A DNA stretch of 64,000 nucleotides from Raillietiella orientalis (Eukaryota), in assembly GCA_036172245.1 (NCBI GenBank), contig JAYWIR010000067.1, positions 310,001 to 374,000 of the forward strand, read 5' to 3'. Below, piece by piece: positions 11,573 through 25,000 of the stretch. Numbering within the stretch: position 1 is the first letter of the stretch; each line of letters opens with the position of its first letter. The position numbers and the translations under genes were made by a program. A model generated the notes under the pieces. It was not told where the DNA came from. It was given only the letters and a program-made list of their open reading frames with translations, and made no database searches.

Positions 11573-14500
11573 CTAGGAACTCTGATGAAACTGAATGCAC
11601 TCTCTGGCAAGAAAAGACACGTTCAAGCTACCTATTTTCACATTTTTTTGAAGAGCATCCCACACATCCAAATTATGGTCCATGAGTTCATACTTTGCCA
11701 GTTTGAGGGTTGCTGCATTCAGATAAGCATGACTGGATCACCTTGTGCATGAATTGCATCCTGGTATTGCCCTGTACTTACCCTATATCAATACAATCTA
11801 ACGTAATATCACAAGGCTCTCCTACCACAGTAAAGGTCACTACTACTTGTGCAACTTTTTCATCAGACAACAGGTGCTGGAATGATGCAAAGTCTGCAGA
11901 GCTGATCAGGATTTCTGACAAGCATTACAGGATGTCTATATCATCCCTTTGCATACCTTTCCGAAAATCGAACGTCATCTTCTTTCCTACACTTTCCTTG
12001 GGGACAGAAGGAGTTTCCAGCTCTTGTAATGGAATGTTCAGAAACAAACACTCTATATACAAACGACTAAAGGCAAAATGCTCAGGGTACGATGAGAGCA
12101 CAAGATAACTGATGCCCAGAATGATGGGGGCAGCAGCCACCTCAACTATGAGTTCATCGTTATCACTGGAATTTTCAGAAAACTGGTAGGTCTCTGCATG
12201 TAGTAACGGAGATTTGCCAGCATCCGAGACATTTGATAGGTTTGCACAGGATGTGACACTAGGAGAATGCCCAGCATGATTGCTTTCCACACTTTCAGTA
12301 TCAGGAGGGCACATCTGAGGCAGGGAACCACGGGAATTTTTAAGAGAAGCAGAATCACCAGAAAAGTTGCCACCTAGTACAGGTTCAGATCCCAAAGGTT
12401 CTGACATTAAGCTGGCAGTCTGGAACCACTTCCTTCTTTGTACCACAGGCATGATAATCTTTTTTTCATTAGAAGCTAAACTGGTATCTCTTTTGACATG
12501 TGTTCTTGGGCGTGGAATAGGAGTCACACGAGGTGGTAATCTTGATGCACATGATTGTGTTTCATCTTGTTCATGCAATGAGTCTTGTTCATCACTGAAG
12601 CCTTCTGAAGACCAATGGCAAAAAAGTGTACCTATTTTCTGTTGTCCCCTGCTAACGGCACTTAAGTCAATACTAATTTGCGTGCTGCCAGCTGGATCAG
12701 AAAGAGGAAGTTTTCCTTGAGCTACAAGGATGCATTTTTCTTTCTGCAAAATGTGCAGATCCATGAGAATGTATTGCTACAAAAACAAACTTGGCACCTG
12801 TTCCCTGAAGAGAAAGGGAGAGAAAAAACCCTAACCTGTGAAATCACCATCTCTGGCAATTTATGCTTAGATATAGGCAGTGCACAATCATAAATTGGAT
12901 GTAATCCTGTAACCACAGGGGTGAATTGCCTTTCTTGCAAACCAAATTCACAAGAGATAAAGCTTTGTAGAGAACTCTCTGCCGTATGCATCAGCAGAAC
13001 AGGATTCAACTGAGCAGATTCAACATATAGTAGCCTGTTCCCACTATCTGAGGGTGTGACTACGTATGACTGCAAGGGAACTGGGCTAAAACTGGGTGGT
13101 AATTGCTGGTCTATGCTTTCAGTCTGCTCTTGAATTTGTTTCTCCAAATGAGCAATTGTTTTTGACCTCGTTTCCAAGAGTCTATTCTGTTCCTGGATTC
13201 TCTTTCGAAACACTTGCTCCATATCAGCCATTCTTTCTTTCATGCGTTGCATTTCTACTCTCAATTCCTGGTTGATCTCACGTTGCATTCCAAGCAGGTT
13301 GGTCAATTCACTTGACTGTGACATACCATCCAGCTGAAACAGCTGGGAAAAGGAATGGCCACCTGGTGGCTTATCATCACTTCTAAATGAAGGTGCACTT
13401 GCTCCAGTATGGTTTGAACTATTCGTTTTGACTTCCAGCGAAAACTCTGGCTTGGGAACTCGCATTTGAATTTCTGATTGACTCCGATAAAGATGAACTG
13501 TACCGGGATGCTGATCATTTGATAAATGAGTTAAATTTGCATTTGGTGTTTTACCTGTACTCTATGAGTGTCAGCTAATGCAGAATCCAAAAGTTCACTA
13601 TTGGACTCCTTCAGCAACTTATTCTCTTGCTACCCATAGCATTCAGATTTTTGTGCAAAAAAATATCTCACCTTTAGATCTTCTAGTTGCAGCTCCCATT
13701 CCTGCATCATCTTCTTGCAAACTGATAATTCCTCTAACTGTTGCTGCAACTTGCAGTTTTCTTGTTTTTCTTCTTGCACTTGGAATGACATGGAGTCTGC
13801 AGACAAAATCAAACATTCTGCATACAAGGAAACCCTCACCAAGATCAGCCACAAGTTGCTGCTGGTACTTTTGTGACATCACAAGGCTGTCCTCTAATGT
13901 CTTTTGCTGAGTACGGAGCATTGTAATCGTAGACAAGTATTGTTGTACTTGTGCCTCCAATTCAGAAATTCTATGGCTTTCCTCTTTTAGAGAACTGTAG
14001 AAGTAATGCAAGTCACACAAAGGGAATTCATGACACACTAGATGCATCAAGCATAAGCAGAATACATCTGTTTGTTTCTCTATTTCCTCTTTAGTGAGCC
14101 AAGTGCTACTGTGCCAGGTGCCAAGGTAGCAAGTACTTGTCTTACCCAGACTTCATTTCCAAGAGTAGCTCTTTCACCTTATTTTCATGCTCTACATTTT
14201 TATGGTGTAACTCACTCTTCAAAGACTCATTTTCCTATAAAAGATATAAACTGTTGAATTGTGCTGGATGAATTCACCTTTTCATAAATAGTAAGCCGTT
14301 CTCTGAGTTGGGCAACTGTCTCCTCCAATCTAATCATTTCCAGTTTTCCGGAAGCACATCCTTTTTCATTATAATTCTTTGATGCACTTGAAAGCCCTCT
14401 TCCTTTGGAGTTCTGGATTTGTGGTGACTTTCTGAAAGATGGAGGTTTCTTACAAATTCCTTATCATTTCCAATTCTGTAATTCTGTTCAATGGATCAAA

Positions 14501-15096
14501 TTTCCATTATACACAAAAACATGAATGCTCAAATCCAAAATCCACAAAGATCACACTTACGGTGGCTTATAGTGAGTTGCTGTTGAAAATGGGGTATTTG
14601 TAGTACGATGTTGGAATCGAGATGTTGGGTAATGTTGCTGCAAAACTGACAAAATAGACTGCAACTTGGTGTTCTGTTTCTCTAATTCTCTGATCTTAGC
14701 TTCCTGATCAAATAACAGTTCCTCTGTTTCTGGATCTATTGTCTTTATTCGTCTCTCATTTGGATTGCGTTTCTTCTCACTTATTAGTCGCAAAATTCGA
14801 GTAGCCATGCTAATAAAAATTATTTCTTTATAGTGAAAGAATGAAATTATCTGAAGAAAAAGATTTCCTCACAAACTGCTGCAACTCATTGAACTGTGAG
14901 ACTTTATTTACTTATTTGTTCACAAACACACTGTAAGAAACACATATACAATTGCTTACTGCTTAATTCTTTCTTCCTGCTTTAGTGATAACTTTTTCAA
15001 GGACGTATTTTCATCTAATAAATTAAGGTATTTATCTTCAAGGTCATGGCGATTTAGTTTATTAACTACATGATGACTTGGACTTCTATGATCCAT
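11573..15096 (-). CDS. RPGRIP1L: RPGRIP1L / protein fantom-like ciliary transition-zone protein (about 923 aa, 11 modelled coding exons)
   Basis: Phase-consistent GT-AG exons on the minus strand: 15096-14960, 14809-14561, 14431-14278, 14234-14146, 13994-13840, 13796-13672, 13629-13555, 13510-12836, 12776-11957, 11914-11782, 11732-11573 (2772 nt). N-terminal coiled coil LEDKYLNLLDENTSLKKLSLKQEERIKHMATRILRL matches the RPGRIP1L start; first C2 domain FTPVVTGLHPIYD; C-terminal C2 domain RLYIEC...ETP, FTVVGEP...CIDIG, LDVWDA...IGSLNV. An extra small exon near 14050-14110 cannot be excluded. Confidence 0.88.
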
Positions 15097-15354
15097 GTGG
15101 ATTCCTGAAATAATACAGACCACTTTTAATTGAATAAGTACTATTACAAACACGATCTTCTTATTTGAGAAAGGCAAGGCCTTTAGGCAAGGAAATACAA
15201 CTGATGAATGATTTGGGTTATCTACGCATTCTAAATGTGGTCTCTTTGGATATACACACTAAAATACTCATATTTAATCATTGGTGGAAATCCAAACCTT
15301 TTTTAACGATACAATACATGTCATAATTGAGCATATGCTACAATGAAAAATTGT

Positions 15355-15362
15355 TATCGATA
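15355..15362. promoter_or_regulatory. DRE-like palindrome TATCGATA upstream of RPGRIP1L
   Basis: Exact match to the arthropod DREF element about 260 bp upstream of the ATG; a single 8-mer could be chance. Confidence 0.3.
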
Positions 15363-15613
15363 AATTGGCTTTCTTACTGAAACCTGACATTTCCCTTTCA
15401 TTGAAACTTGCAGGATGTTTTAGACACAATGAGATCTAAAAGGCAATTCAACCTCATGTTGCAAGGAGATAATCGCTGATTTGTATTCTTTTTTTTCCCA
15501 ACAGTTTTTGGAGTAACATTTAATGTCCCGCATAATCTCAACAAGTTTCACTCTCAAACCACTTTATAGAAAAAAGTATTATTTTTGCGAGCAACATATT
15601 ACATTTGTACCAT

Positions 15614-15629
15614 GGTTGCCAGGGGTTGC
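15614..15629. promoter_or_regulatory. Candidate RFX X-box upstream of the ciliary gene
   Basis: GGTTGCCAGGGGTTGC contains a perfect GTTGCC half-site with an imperfect partner, about 520 bp upstream of the RPGRIP1L ATG. Confidence 0.35.
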
Positions 15630-16249
15630 TTGATAAAGTTGCAATTACTGGTATCGCAACATTTTTCTAGGGTATTCATCTATCTACATAGCTTTTTGAA
15701 ATATAAAGATCTCATCGTTTCAATATGAGTTGACAGAGTTCTTTGACACCGTTATCTATACACATTTCAAAAATTGAAGACTCAAACCAGTAACCATATT
15801 TCATTGAGACTTTAAAGATGAGATTTACTATTTTTCACCAGAATCATATCCAAATAAAATCATAACCTGACTTTACATTAACTCTAGCTAAAAAATTTCC
15901 TGTCCATGTTCAGTGATCATGTAAGTCTTTACTGACTATGACTGCAGTCTTCTTTCAGATAATTTAGAAAACTTAGAAGATCAGATCTTCTTTCATATCT
16001 TCAATTTTTTATCGAAATTCCATTACAGATATTTGAATTTAGAAAGGATCACAAAACTATTTTCTTTAGAAATCTGATTCATTTTTTGATTTTCACATCA
16101 ATTTCTGAAAGAGCATTACAATTTTTCATTTTTATTCTGGCATATTTGATTATTATTTTTCATGACCACCAATATATTAAATCATCTTTATTTTCCCTTT
16201 CCATAAAGATTGGCTTCGTTTCTACATGCATTGATTACTGGTTTCTGAA

Positions 16250-16500
16250 ATAGTTTGGATAATTTCTTAGAAGCACAAGTTTACATCTGATCGTCCGAAA
16301 TGAATACACCAAGACAGCGACAAAGGGTGACTAATTTCAATTCTGTATTCGAAGGGCAGTGAAAACAAATCGTTTAATAATGCAGATGAAAGAATGACTG
16401 GAAGGACTTCAAAGCTGATAGATAGTGGACCAGAAACAATGAAGTTAGCAAAAACGATCAAGCGATGAAACTTAGATGCGGAATGGAAGACAAAGGATTA
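16250..16500 (+). mobile_element. Possible Tc1/mariner transposase relic
   Basis: Frameshifted DRPK..TPRQRQR and *WTRNN resemble Tc1 N-terminal motifs; very decayed, no TIRs recognised. Confidence 0.25.
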
Positions 16501-17170
16501 AAAATACATTTTTGTATATTCAGACATCAGAAGATTCAGACTTAATATCTATCAGGAAATCTAGAAGGAAGCAAATGCTTTGTCTATTTGTCAAGCTCAC
16601 AAATCTCTGATGTTCATCACAATTACTGCTTGCTTTCCATGAACTGGAAATGCCATAAGATATTTTCCATCGTGTGATTATGAAAAACTCATAAAAATTG
16701 TATTGAAATAAAGAATGCTATATCGGCATGATATCAAATTATACGCAATAATGAAAGCTTCAAAGATCACAGGAATGCAAAAACACAAATTGCAATACTA
16801 AAAGAACAGACAGTTTTCATTGCAACAGGATTCTCCAGGACGCTACACAACATTGCACAAAAACATGACATTCAAGAAGCAAACAATTCAAATGGGAATC
16901 GAAGCATGAACTTGTGAATAACAACTGTTCTGTTTAAATGTCCCGATTACGGGGTGACCACCGCCATGCTACCAGGAGACACTGTCCAGATAACTCATTC
17001 CAGACTAATCTGGAGTTTACTCTTCTCTCTCATTCTCAAAGTACACATAATTGATGAAAAGTTTTCATTAATATCGAGAGCAGCTCATTCGACAAAAACT
17101 AAACTTGCTTCCCGCTTTGCTGAAGGATGATAGAATCCTGATTCATTTGCTGCTTACCACGTCGTTACAG

Positions 17171-19350
17171 CTTTTTTTCTTTTTTCTTTATTAAGTACTC
17201 AAGAGCCACTACTTCCCCCCATGGGGACATCGGGGCGGCTCCATAACGCTGCTACATGGGAGCCCGTAAGGCACTTTCACTGTCACGCACCTAAAGTGTT
17301 CGTGAAGCGGCAAGTGTGAGACCCCAAAGGGACCGCTTTCACAATTCTTTGGAGAGAACTCCGAAAGGGCCTGCTCCCTTATTCCTGGGAAGGACCCTAA
17401 AGGAGTCCACTCCCGATTCCCGAGAACTAGTCATCCGCATTTGATGTCTGGAATGAGTACGTTTTTTCTACCAGAGCACTGTATCCTGACAACTTTGAGT
17501 TTGTTCCCCGGAATGGTCTGGTTGGCAGCTATGTACTCCTACTTTTTCAATACCCGTTTGTGATCCCGTTATCAAACCTTTATTCCTCTCGGCAATCGTG
17601 CTTTGGTTGTGAGTGCGTCTAAGGAGAATATGTCCTACAGGTTGCCATCATGCCTTCTGCATAACCAATCGGCACCTTTCATGGTGAGCGATGGCTGCCA
17701 ACTGGTCGTGCTTAATAGACGAGTCTATAGTCCGCGAACGAGAGGTGCTCGTCGATGAACAGAAGATGAAGTCCCATGGTGCCCAATTCAGGACATGGTC
17801 TTTCCTTTACTCAGGTGCTTTTCAATAAGGGATGTCCCTGCTGCTTCATGTTGAACTGTTCTTAGGCTTGAAATGATTTTCTTCCCTATATGAGCATCGA
17901 TCGTGAAGTCGCCAAAGAGGTACTTCGTTTTCAAACGCTCTTTTCACCTTAATTCGTCCGGACGCTTGCCGAAATTCGTTCAAATACCTCATAAGTTGCT
18001 TGCAGATCTATTCTGGTCTTGCATAAACCACTCCGGATACGAAGGCCTTCATCAGTTGTTAATGCTTGTATCCTCTTTTGCACTAGTGTTCCTAAGTCTC
18101 TCTGGAACTGGTCTTGCACTGCCAAGTCCGAAGAAGTTAATAGTTTGAAGCAACTATCAACTTCTAAGACAGATCGTCTCTTCCTGCAACCATCTTTCCC
18201 TCCTTGCTCACAGTTTATGAGTATGGAGGAAAAGATGGATGGACTTCGCGACCCTGAATTTTGACGAACCTTCAGCTCCCGTTACTGAGCTGCTTTCACG
18301 GAACAACCATTTCAAGTACCCCAGCTCATTAGAAATCATACAATTTAGCTGGATTTTTTTGCACCTTGGCAAGAAACTCCTTCTTCCAGATAGAAATGTT
18401 AGATCGAAACATCAGAAAACATTGAGAAACGAATCCATAGGTTCCAACTCAATCACGAGAGCAGTGAACGTCAAAGGAGAGAATCCAGAGCGAGAGCTCA
18501 TGGAAAACTCGCAGGCTGGGCTCTCGGAATGTAAAGGAAAGAGATACACTTGCATACGATCTTGCAAGCTGGCGGACTGCAGAGGCACACCTATCGACCT
18601 CAATCTGAAAGAAGGAAACGAGGTAAGTCAACCGATGCTTTTTTGCAACGCAGGCAGCTACGGAAACAGTTTTACTTGAATTTTCGCATGTTTGCCGCAG
18701 GCGACCGAGAAAGAACTATGTGAGGGGGAAAGATGACTCCCTTGCCGAAACTGACGAATTCTTTTCCCGTTCGGAACCATTAAAGCAGCAGGAATTTGAC
18801 GCATCTTCCGATCCCGAGGGGGGCAGAACGCACAAACACACCACCGAGGAACAACTGAGTGGCCAGATTAGACATTTCATGAATCATGGAATGATACCAC
18901 AACTCTACACGTCTACACGTCTACAACGTCCACACGATCTAGTTAGCACTAAAAGTACTAGCAGATGTGTCATCGACTAGGAATTTATTCAAGAGACTAC
19001 AGCAGCCGTATCTCAAATACACGAAGACCTCCTCCTTGATCTCTCAGTACGACCAAAAGATCCAGCCTTTTCGAATCAGAAAACAAGTAATACCAGAGCT
19101 TCGGAGGTTTAAAGAGAGCTTCCAATACGGAGATGGGGATGAGATGGGTCTCTTTGGAAAGAAGCGATGTGTTTCGGAAGTGCATTAATTGCTTGTTTGA
19201 AGCTGTTGAGCCTCGTGAGAACAGGGAGGCGGAATGCAAACAGAAGATGCACAATTCGAAGTTCTCGCCATCGTGGGGCTTTCCGTTTTGTGAACCTGAA
19301 CTCCTTGTGGAGGCCATTAAGGCTCCGTAGCTACAAAGTAAGACTGAGAA
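17171..19350 (-). mobile_element. Heavily decayed family B LINE with recognisable 3' end
   Basis: Minus strand ends GGCTCTTGAGTACTT-AATAAA plus an A-rich tail (17171-17205); structured region 17200-17430 shares motifs with 8700-8870; RT relics GFSPLTFTALVIELEP and *CFDLTFL near 18380-18500. Confidence 0.7.
18904..18936 (+). repeat. Short tandem repeat (TCTACACG) about 4 units
   Basis: tctacacg tctacacg tctacaacg tccacacg. Confidence 0.8.
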
Positions 19351-20232
19351 ATCGCAGCGTTGAGACGATTTATTTCATTCTACGTTCATACAAAGAAAGA
19401 AGAACAAATGACATGAACTCTTCTAAGATCGTGCCGCTGCTGCTGTTCTAGAATTAGCAGACGTGACGAGCGGGAGACAATACCGGAAGTTCAACTTCTG
19501 TGCTACCTCGGCACCGGATAATGCCCGTGAACATACTAAGCACACACACACACGGAATGTCCGAGTACCTTCATTCACTTTCTTTGCCGCCAAACAGCTT
19601 TGGAAGGTTTTGGTCATGCCACTTTGGGGAGTTAGGTTTTCACTATAGTGCTCTCAATATATGTGTCATTGGAATATTTTCTTAAGAGTCTCGAGTCGTT
19701 CCGAGGATTCCAATGAAACATAGGCTACTGCGTCTATGCCGCAATCCACTCCAATGTGCAAGAAGTCTTCAGCTTTGAGTTACAAATAACCTGTGATTCG
19801 CCAGCCAATTCACTTATGACAAACAGTGGATGTGTTTTATAATTGTGTCGCATCCTAATCTTCACCTCCGGTCTCAGGGGACGCGCTAAAACCATGCTCC
19901 AGTCTAGCAAACACGTCTGTTTGTGAGATGAATTCCTCGAAATGGAGCATCTGTTACCGAAGAATTGTTAGAAGGCAGTGCCACCCCATCCATCTTGAGC
20001 GGATGTACTTTCCACCCCACTCGACACAGAACAGTCGAAAAATTAACCTGGGACTTTCAGCTGATTGCTGAATGCCTGCATTGAAAGTACACATTTTGCG
20101 TGTGTGTGTTTTGTTTTTGCTTTTTTTTTTTTGGAGGGGACGCTTTTTTCCAACTTGGTTTTCGAGGGCATTTTACAGCCTGGAATCATGGTGCACATTT
20201 TTTAAAAAATGAATGTGCACTCCATATTTTAC

Positions 20233-20290
20233 ATATATATATATATATATATATGTATATGTATATGTATATATATATATATATACATAT
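20233..20290. repeat. (TA)n microsatellite with TATATG variants
   Basis: Directly visible. Confidence 0.95.
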
Positions 20291-20359
20291 AAGTCTCTGA
20301 GTTTACATCAATCTCTGATGTAAAAAGTTACGTCAAGTACTGCAGAATGCAAGTGTGCT

Positions 20360-21130
20360 GACGGCGTTTGCATCTTGATGTAAACGCGACCAGCAAACTT
20401 GCGACCCGAAGTTGCGATGGAATGCTCCAAAGAGCTTAAGAGCTTCTTCTCGGGTTTTCGTCTTGTGAGTTGCCAAGTTGAAAACAATCCGACCCAGGAA
20501 GTTCACGACATCGAGTACAGACATAGTGACCGAGTGCAACACTATGCCCCGCTTAATTACGTCGATGCCACAAGGTCACTTGGCGTGTTACCGATTTGAT
20601 TGGCAATAATTATGTGCCCTTTGTGTAAGACCATTAAGGCAATTACGGAATTATTGAGGGGATCTCTAGCAAACCAATTACGTATACAAAGTGACCTACT
20701 AGACCTACTAGACCTACTAGTTCATTGACCTACTAGTCTTCGGGAAATAACACATGAGGTTATTTTCTCGCTGCTACTTCACTGATTGTTCACACACTTC
20801 CCTAATGTCCTTTTTGAACCTGCTTAGGAGTTTCCCGGTTCCTTTGACGTCACAAAAACTCTCAGCAATCGCACAAACCAAGAGGAAAAACAAAACACAA
20901 AGGTCGTGGCTAGCGGCGCTGACGCAAAAGAGGTGCCTGCACACATCGACCGAAGAGTAGAAAAATCCGCAACCGAGACAAGGCAGCAGACTTGTGAACA
21001 AAAAAGAAAAAGTCTACTGAAAAATAAAAGCCACCAGCAACAGACCCCACATCAATCCGACGGTGCTTGGTGCATGCAGCTGTGCATCTCTTCTTGCGGC
21101 TGCAACACGACCAAGACCGCTACGCCTTCC
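20360..21130 (+). pseudogene. Decayed KilA-N-like plus coiled-coil plus second-domain cassette
   Basis: DVNATSKL at 20377-20400 (KilA-N hallmark VNATKL), SKELKSFF, HYAPLNY, charged segment 20900-21030, and AAVHLFLRLQH similar to AAKVFLRLRQ at about 5490-5515. Confidence 0.45.
20693..20736 (+). repeat. Tandem repeat (GACCTACTA)x3 plus one spaced copy
   Basis: Units at 20693, 20702, 20711 and 20727. Confidence 0.9.
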
Positions 21131-22036
21131 TGCAACCGACGGGCGGTAATCGAAAGAAAGAAGCTTTGAAAGCATCTTGCACTTCTTACAGCAGTTCCAC
21201 GCGTTCCTTGCGGTTTTTCCGAACCTTCATCTTCTATATCACACGGCAATCTACTGGTTCTGAACATGCCATTGGGAAGGCGGAAAAAATTATCCACCCA
21301 CGATTGCCAATAGATGCATGCTCCACATATCCGAAAAGATTCAGTAATTATCACACTTTCACATGGAATGCCAAAATAATGTATACCGCTTTTGTACATA
21401 CTAAAGAGCTGCCGTTACTAATGGAACACTCCTAAAAGTACAATGCTAAATGCCGTGCAAGAGTTTCCCAATGAATAATGTGCCCAATTACGATACACGT
21501 TGTTACATCATAATTAGAATTACAGTACATTGCAATTTGGCACATTCAACTTTCCGTCATATACTTACACATGGGGAATTTTCATCCAGACTGCTACTTT
21601 AAATTGGATGCATCACCGTAAATTACAATTTGCGAATGCTTTGCTTTGGATATGTGTTCTACTCATATGCTGACATCTCTAACGTACATTACAGCAAAAA
21701 TCAAACCATTGCCCATGTTTCACTGTAATCTTTGGAACGCGCGAGTGAAAGTAACTTAGCTCCCATAATTAATTATGTGTGGGTTTTGGATCATTACCTT
21801 CATATTCTAAGCAACTATCAATCGATATTTCGTAACTGCATTGGAGCTTAGGAATTTAGAATGCTTCACAAAGAATGTTAACATAACAATTTCATTTATT
21901 ATCTTTAACTTTTAGCTTTCGAATGTTCATGGCCAAAGAAACTAATAATATCTTTATGTGTAACAAACTTCACTTCAAAAGAATACTTCTACCAAAAATC
22001 TTTGAACTGCTGTTTCTCCGAACAGCACTTCTGTTC

Positions 22037-25000
22037 TCAACGTCGCTTCTTTTTTGGCTTTGCAATCAATGAATCTTTCGCTTTTGGAACTTGTTTTGAT
22101 GACTTTTCCGGTGATTTGGATGCCTCCGTATTCAACTTGGCATCTTGGTGATTCAGACTGGGGTCTTCACCTTCATAAGAATGCTCTAAGGCATCTATAG
22201 GTTCAAACAAAGGGATCACTGAAGTATTATTCACTTCTTGAAACATTTGATCATCTTCTTCAATGAGTTCAAAAAGACTAGGAGCATACTGCATATTTTC
22301 TTCACCTTGGTTCTCACTTGGACTTTTTGAATTGGGAATGTTTTCCATCTTATGATTATGAAGAACCTGATGAAAATGGTATTAGAATAAAGGAATGCTG
22401 TTAACGTGACATCGGATCACAAGCAACAATAAAAGCTCCAAACATTACTGGAACACAAACACACAAATTAATCACAATACTAAAGCAGTCCAGTTTTCTT
22501 TGCAATAGGTTATGAAGGAAGTGAGTGGTATGAGATTTATCCTCCCCCAAAGGTATGAAATTCAGGGAAGCAAAACCATGCAACAAGAGAATGGATAGGT
22601 TCGAACATGAAGCAAAAAAACATTAAAATGTGCACACTTGAAATATTGCCACAAAGATTCCCCCAGTCTACAAAAATGCAGAACATGCTCTTTTTCCAAA
22701 ACACACAACTGTGGATAGGAAATATCAAAATTCCGGATCAGTTTACCTCCATGATTTTTGTGCCATTCTAGAAGCAATGCAATACTATTTTAGAAGATAA
22801 TCAGTCATTCATAACAACTGATGCAAAGCCTAGTAAAACGATTTTCAGAATTTTGAACACACATGATCCCGAATTCATTCTAGTTTCTGAGTAGAAACAT
22901 TGTAAAAAAGCCATAGAGGATGAAAACTCAACTTGGATATTCACAGTAACAATTTCTCAAACGAGTACAAAAAAAAAAAAAAAACTTCCCCAAAAGCAAG
23001 CAAGGAATCCACAATCATGCAAGCTCAAAATCACTGCCTTACTCCACATACAACTGATACAAATACCTCAAACAGTGCATGGTTATCCAATGGGCTAGAC
23101 TGATCCAGAAGTCCACTAAAACTATCTAGATCAATTTGATGATCCAGTGGAATAAGTGATTTGGGAGGGCTAAACAGATGCATTAGCATGGAAATACGAA
23201 ATTTTACTAACTCTAACCTGGATGACGCTGAGCTCTTGGGTTGTTCAATACTTTCTGAGGAACTGGCTGATTTCCACAACATTTTTTTGGATGCATCATG
23301 TAGTGTGAGGCCAAGAAGGTTACTTACAGTAAAGGATGGAGTGATAGGAGTAATGGCATTAGTGGCTACAACATTTGGGTCATTATTAGGTACAACATTT
23401 AGAGTGAATGTGTTTGGGCCATCAATCTTGGAGGAGTTATCATTTGCAGAAGAATTCTGATTATTAAAGGATGACACAGGGTCAGCTGGGATTTCCAGGG
23501 CACCAGAAAACTGCTGTGAACCATTAGTTATGGGAGAAGGGGAACTAGATGAGGAATTAGCTTGACTGTTTTCTGCATCCCATTCATCCGATATGAATAT
23601 ACTGAGACTTCAATCAGAATCAATGCCATTTGCTTGAAAGTACTCACAGAGGATCTGCTAAAGATGACTGCTCTTCAGTCAAAGACTCTGATGGAACCAA
23701 AGATTCATTAGTAGACACTAATAAAGGTTTGTTCATTAGAGCATCTAAAGTAATGCTTTGATCATGCTCAGATTTTAACCCTTCAATTTTCAATACTGAG
23801 TTCTCTTGACCTGATAGATGAGTGGAGTACTTGCTTTTCTGAAAATAACAACATATTAGATGTTATCAAATAATTCCTACTGATTAGACATACTGGGAGA
23901 TCTTTGGATGTTTTGTTCCTATTGATAGATTTACTCAGCTTAGCCACTTTGATGTTTGGAACACCATTGGCATCATTCAACATAAGGGACAGGGGCCTTT
24001 TCAAACCCAGTGCACAATTAGGCTGAACCAAACTGATCAGGAAATGGATGAGCTAGACAGGATGGTTTTATTAGTCCATAAAAATTCTAGATCTCAATAA
24101 CTTCGCACTAATCTTATTTGTTTGGAAACACACTTACTTTGTTCAGTATCTCCTGCTGCTTCACATGTTTCTCCCGAAGGCTTGCAATCTCCCTCCACAA
24201 AGTTTCATTTTCCTTCCGCATTCCTAGAAACTTATTTTCTAATGCTTCTTGCTTCATTTTCATATTTTTGAACTCGGACACAATTTTCGATAATACTTCT
24301 AATTTCATCTTGCCTTCATCTTTGCCACAAGGTGTCTAAGCAAAAAAGGGCAAAATAATGGAACTTGAAAGCAAACACAGTTACATTGCTTTTTGCTACC
24401 AAAGTATACAACACACAAAATTTAATAACATACAAATATTTATTAACTGAATTCAAGCTTACACACTCGAATTATCTGGTCAAGTCAATGATTTATTGAA
24501 ATAATCAATTTCAAAGGGCTGAACAGCAATAAGCATGTTCTGTGAAATGTAAGATCAACATAAAAAATGAAGATATGCAAACAAGAAAAACCCAAATATG
24601 AACACACTTTAAACAGGATGTTAAGATGTACCCATATAAAATAAGTTGACAATATTGAACACAAAAACAATGATGCACCAGTGAAAAACATTAGAAAAAA
24701 AAGTTAATTTCTTTGAGTTAAGAACCTTTCTTTTAATCTGCTCCAGCAGGAATTCATGGTCTTTCATGAAATACGGATGTGCAAACTCCATCTCATCCTT
24801 ATCTGGGCGCAAGCCACCTGCTTCTATATTAACAATCTTCCTAAACCCATCTGCAAGTAATGTATAACAATTGCATCTTGGAACACCAAAACCACATACA
24901 CATGTTAAGCTGTCTGATGAAACTGGCCATATTGTTGTGTTTGAAGAACAATGGGAGAATCTCATGGGAGAAGCTGGCTTGGCTTTTAACTATGAAGCTA

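Noticed and set aside
12805..12835. Apparent 31-nt intron in RPGRIP1L
   Set aside because: The acceptor at 12777 (59-nt intron) restores the C2 reading frame; the nearer AG does not.
19420..19640. Possible further KilA-N-like remnant (AAAVLELADVTSGRQYRKF), and a similar hint at 27170-27290 minus (RDGKWISS)
   Set aside because: Too few motif matches to distinguish from chance by eye.
20693..20736. Short repeats as a CRISPR-like array
   Set aside because: 9-bp tandem units without spacers in eukaryotic DNA.
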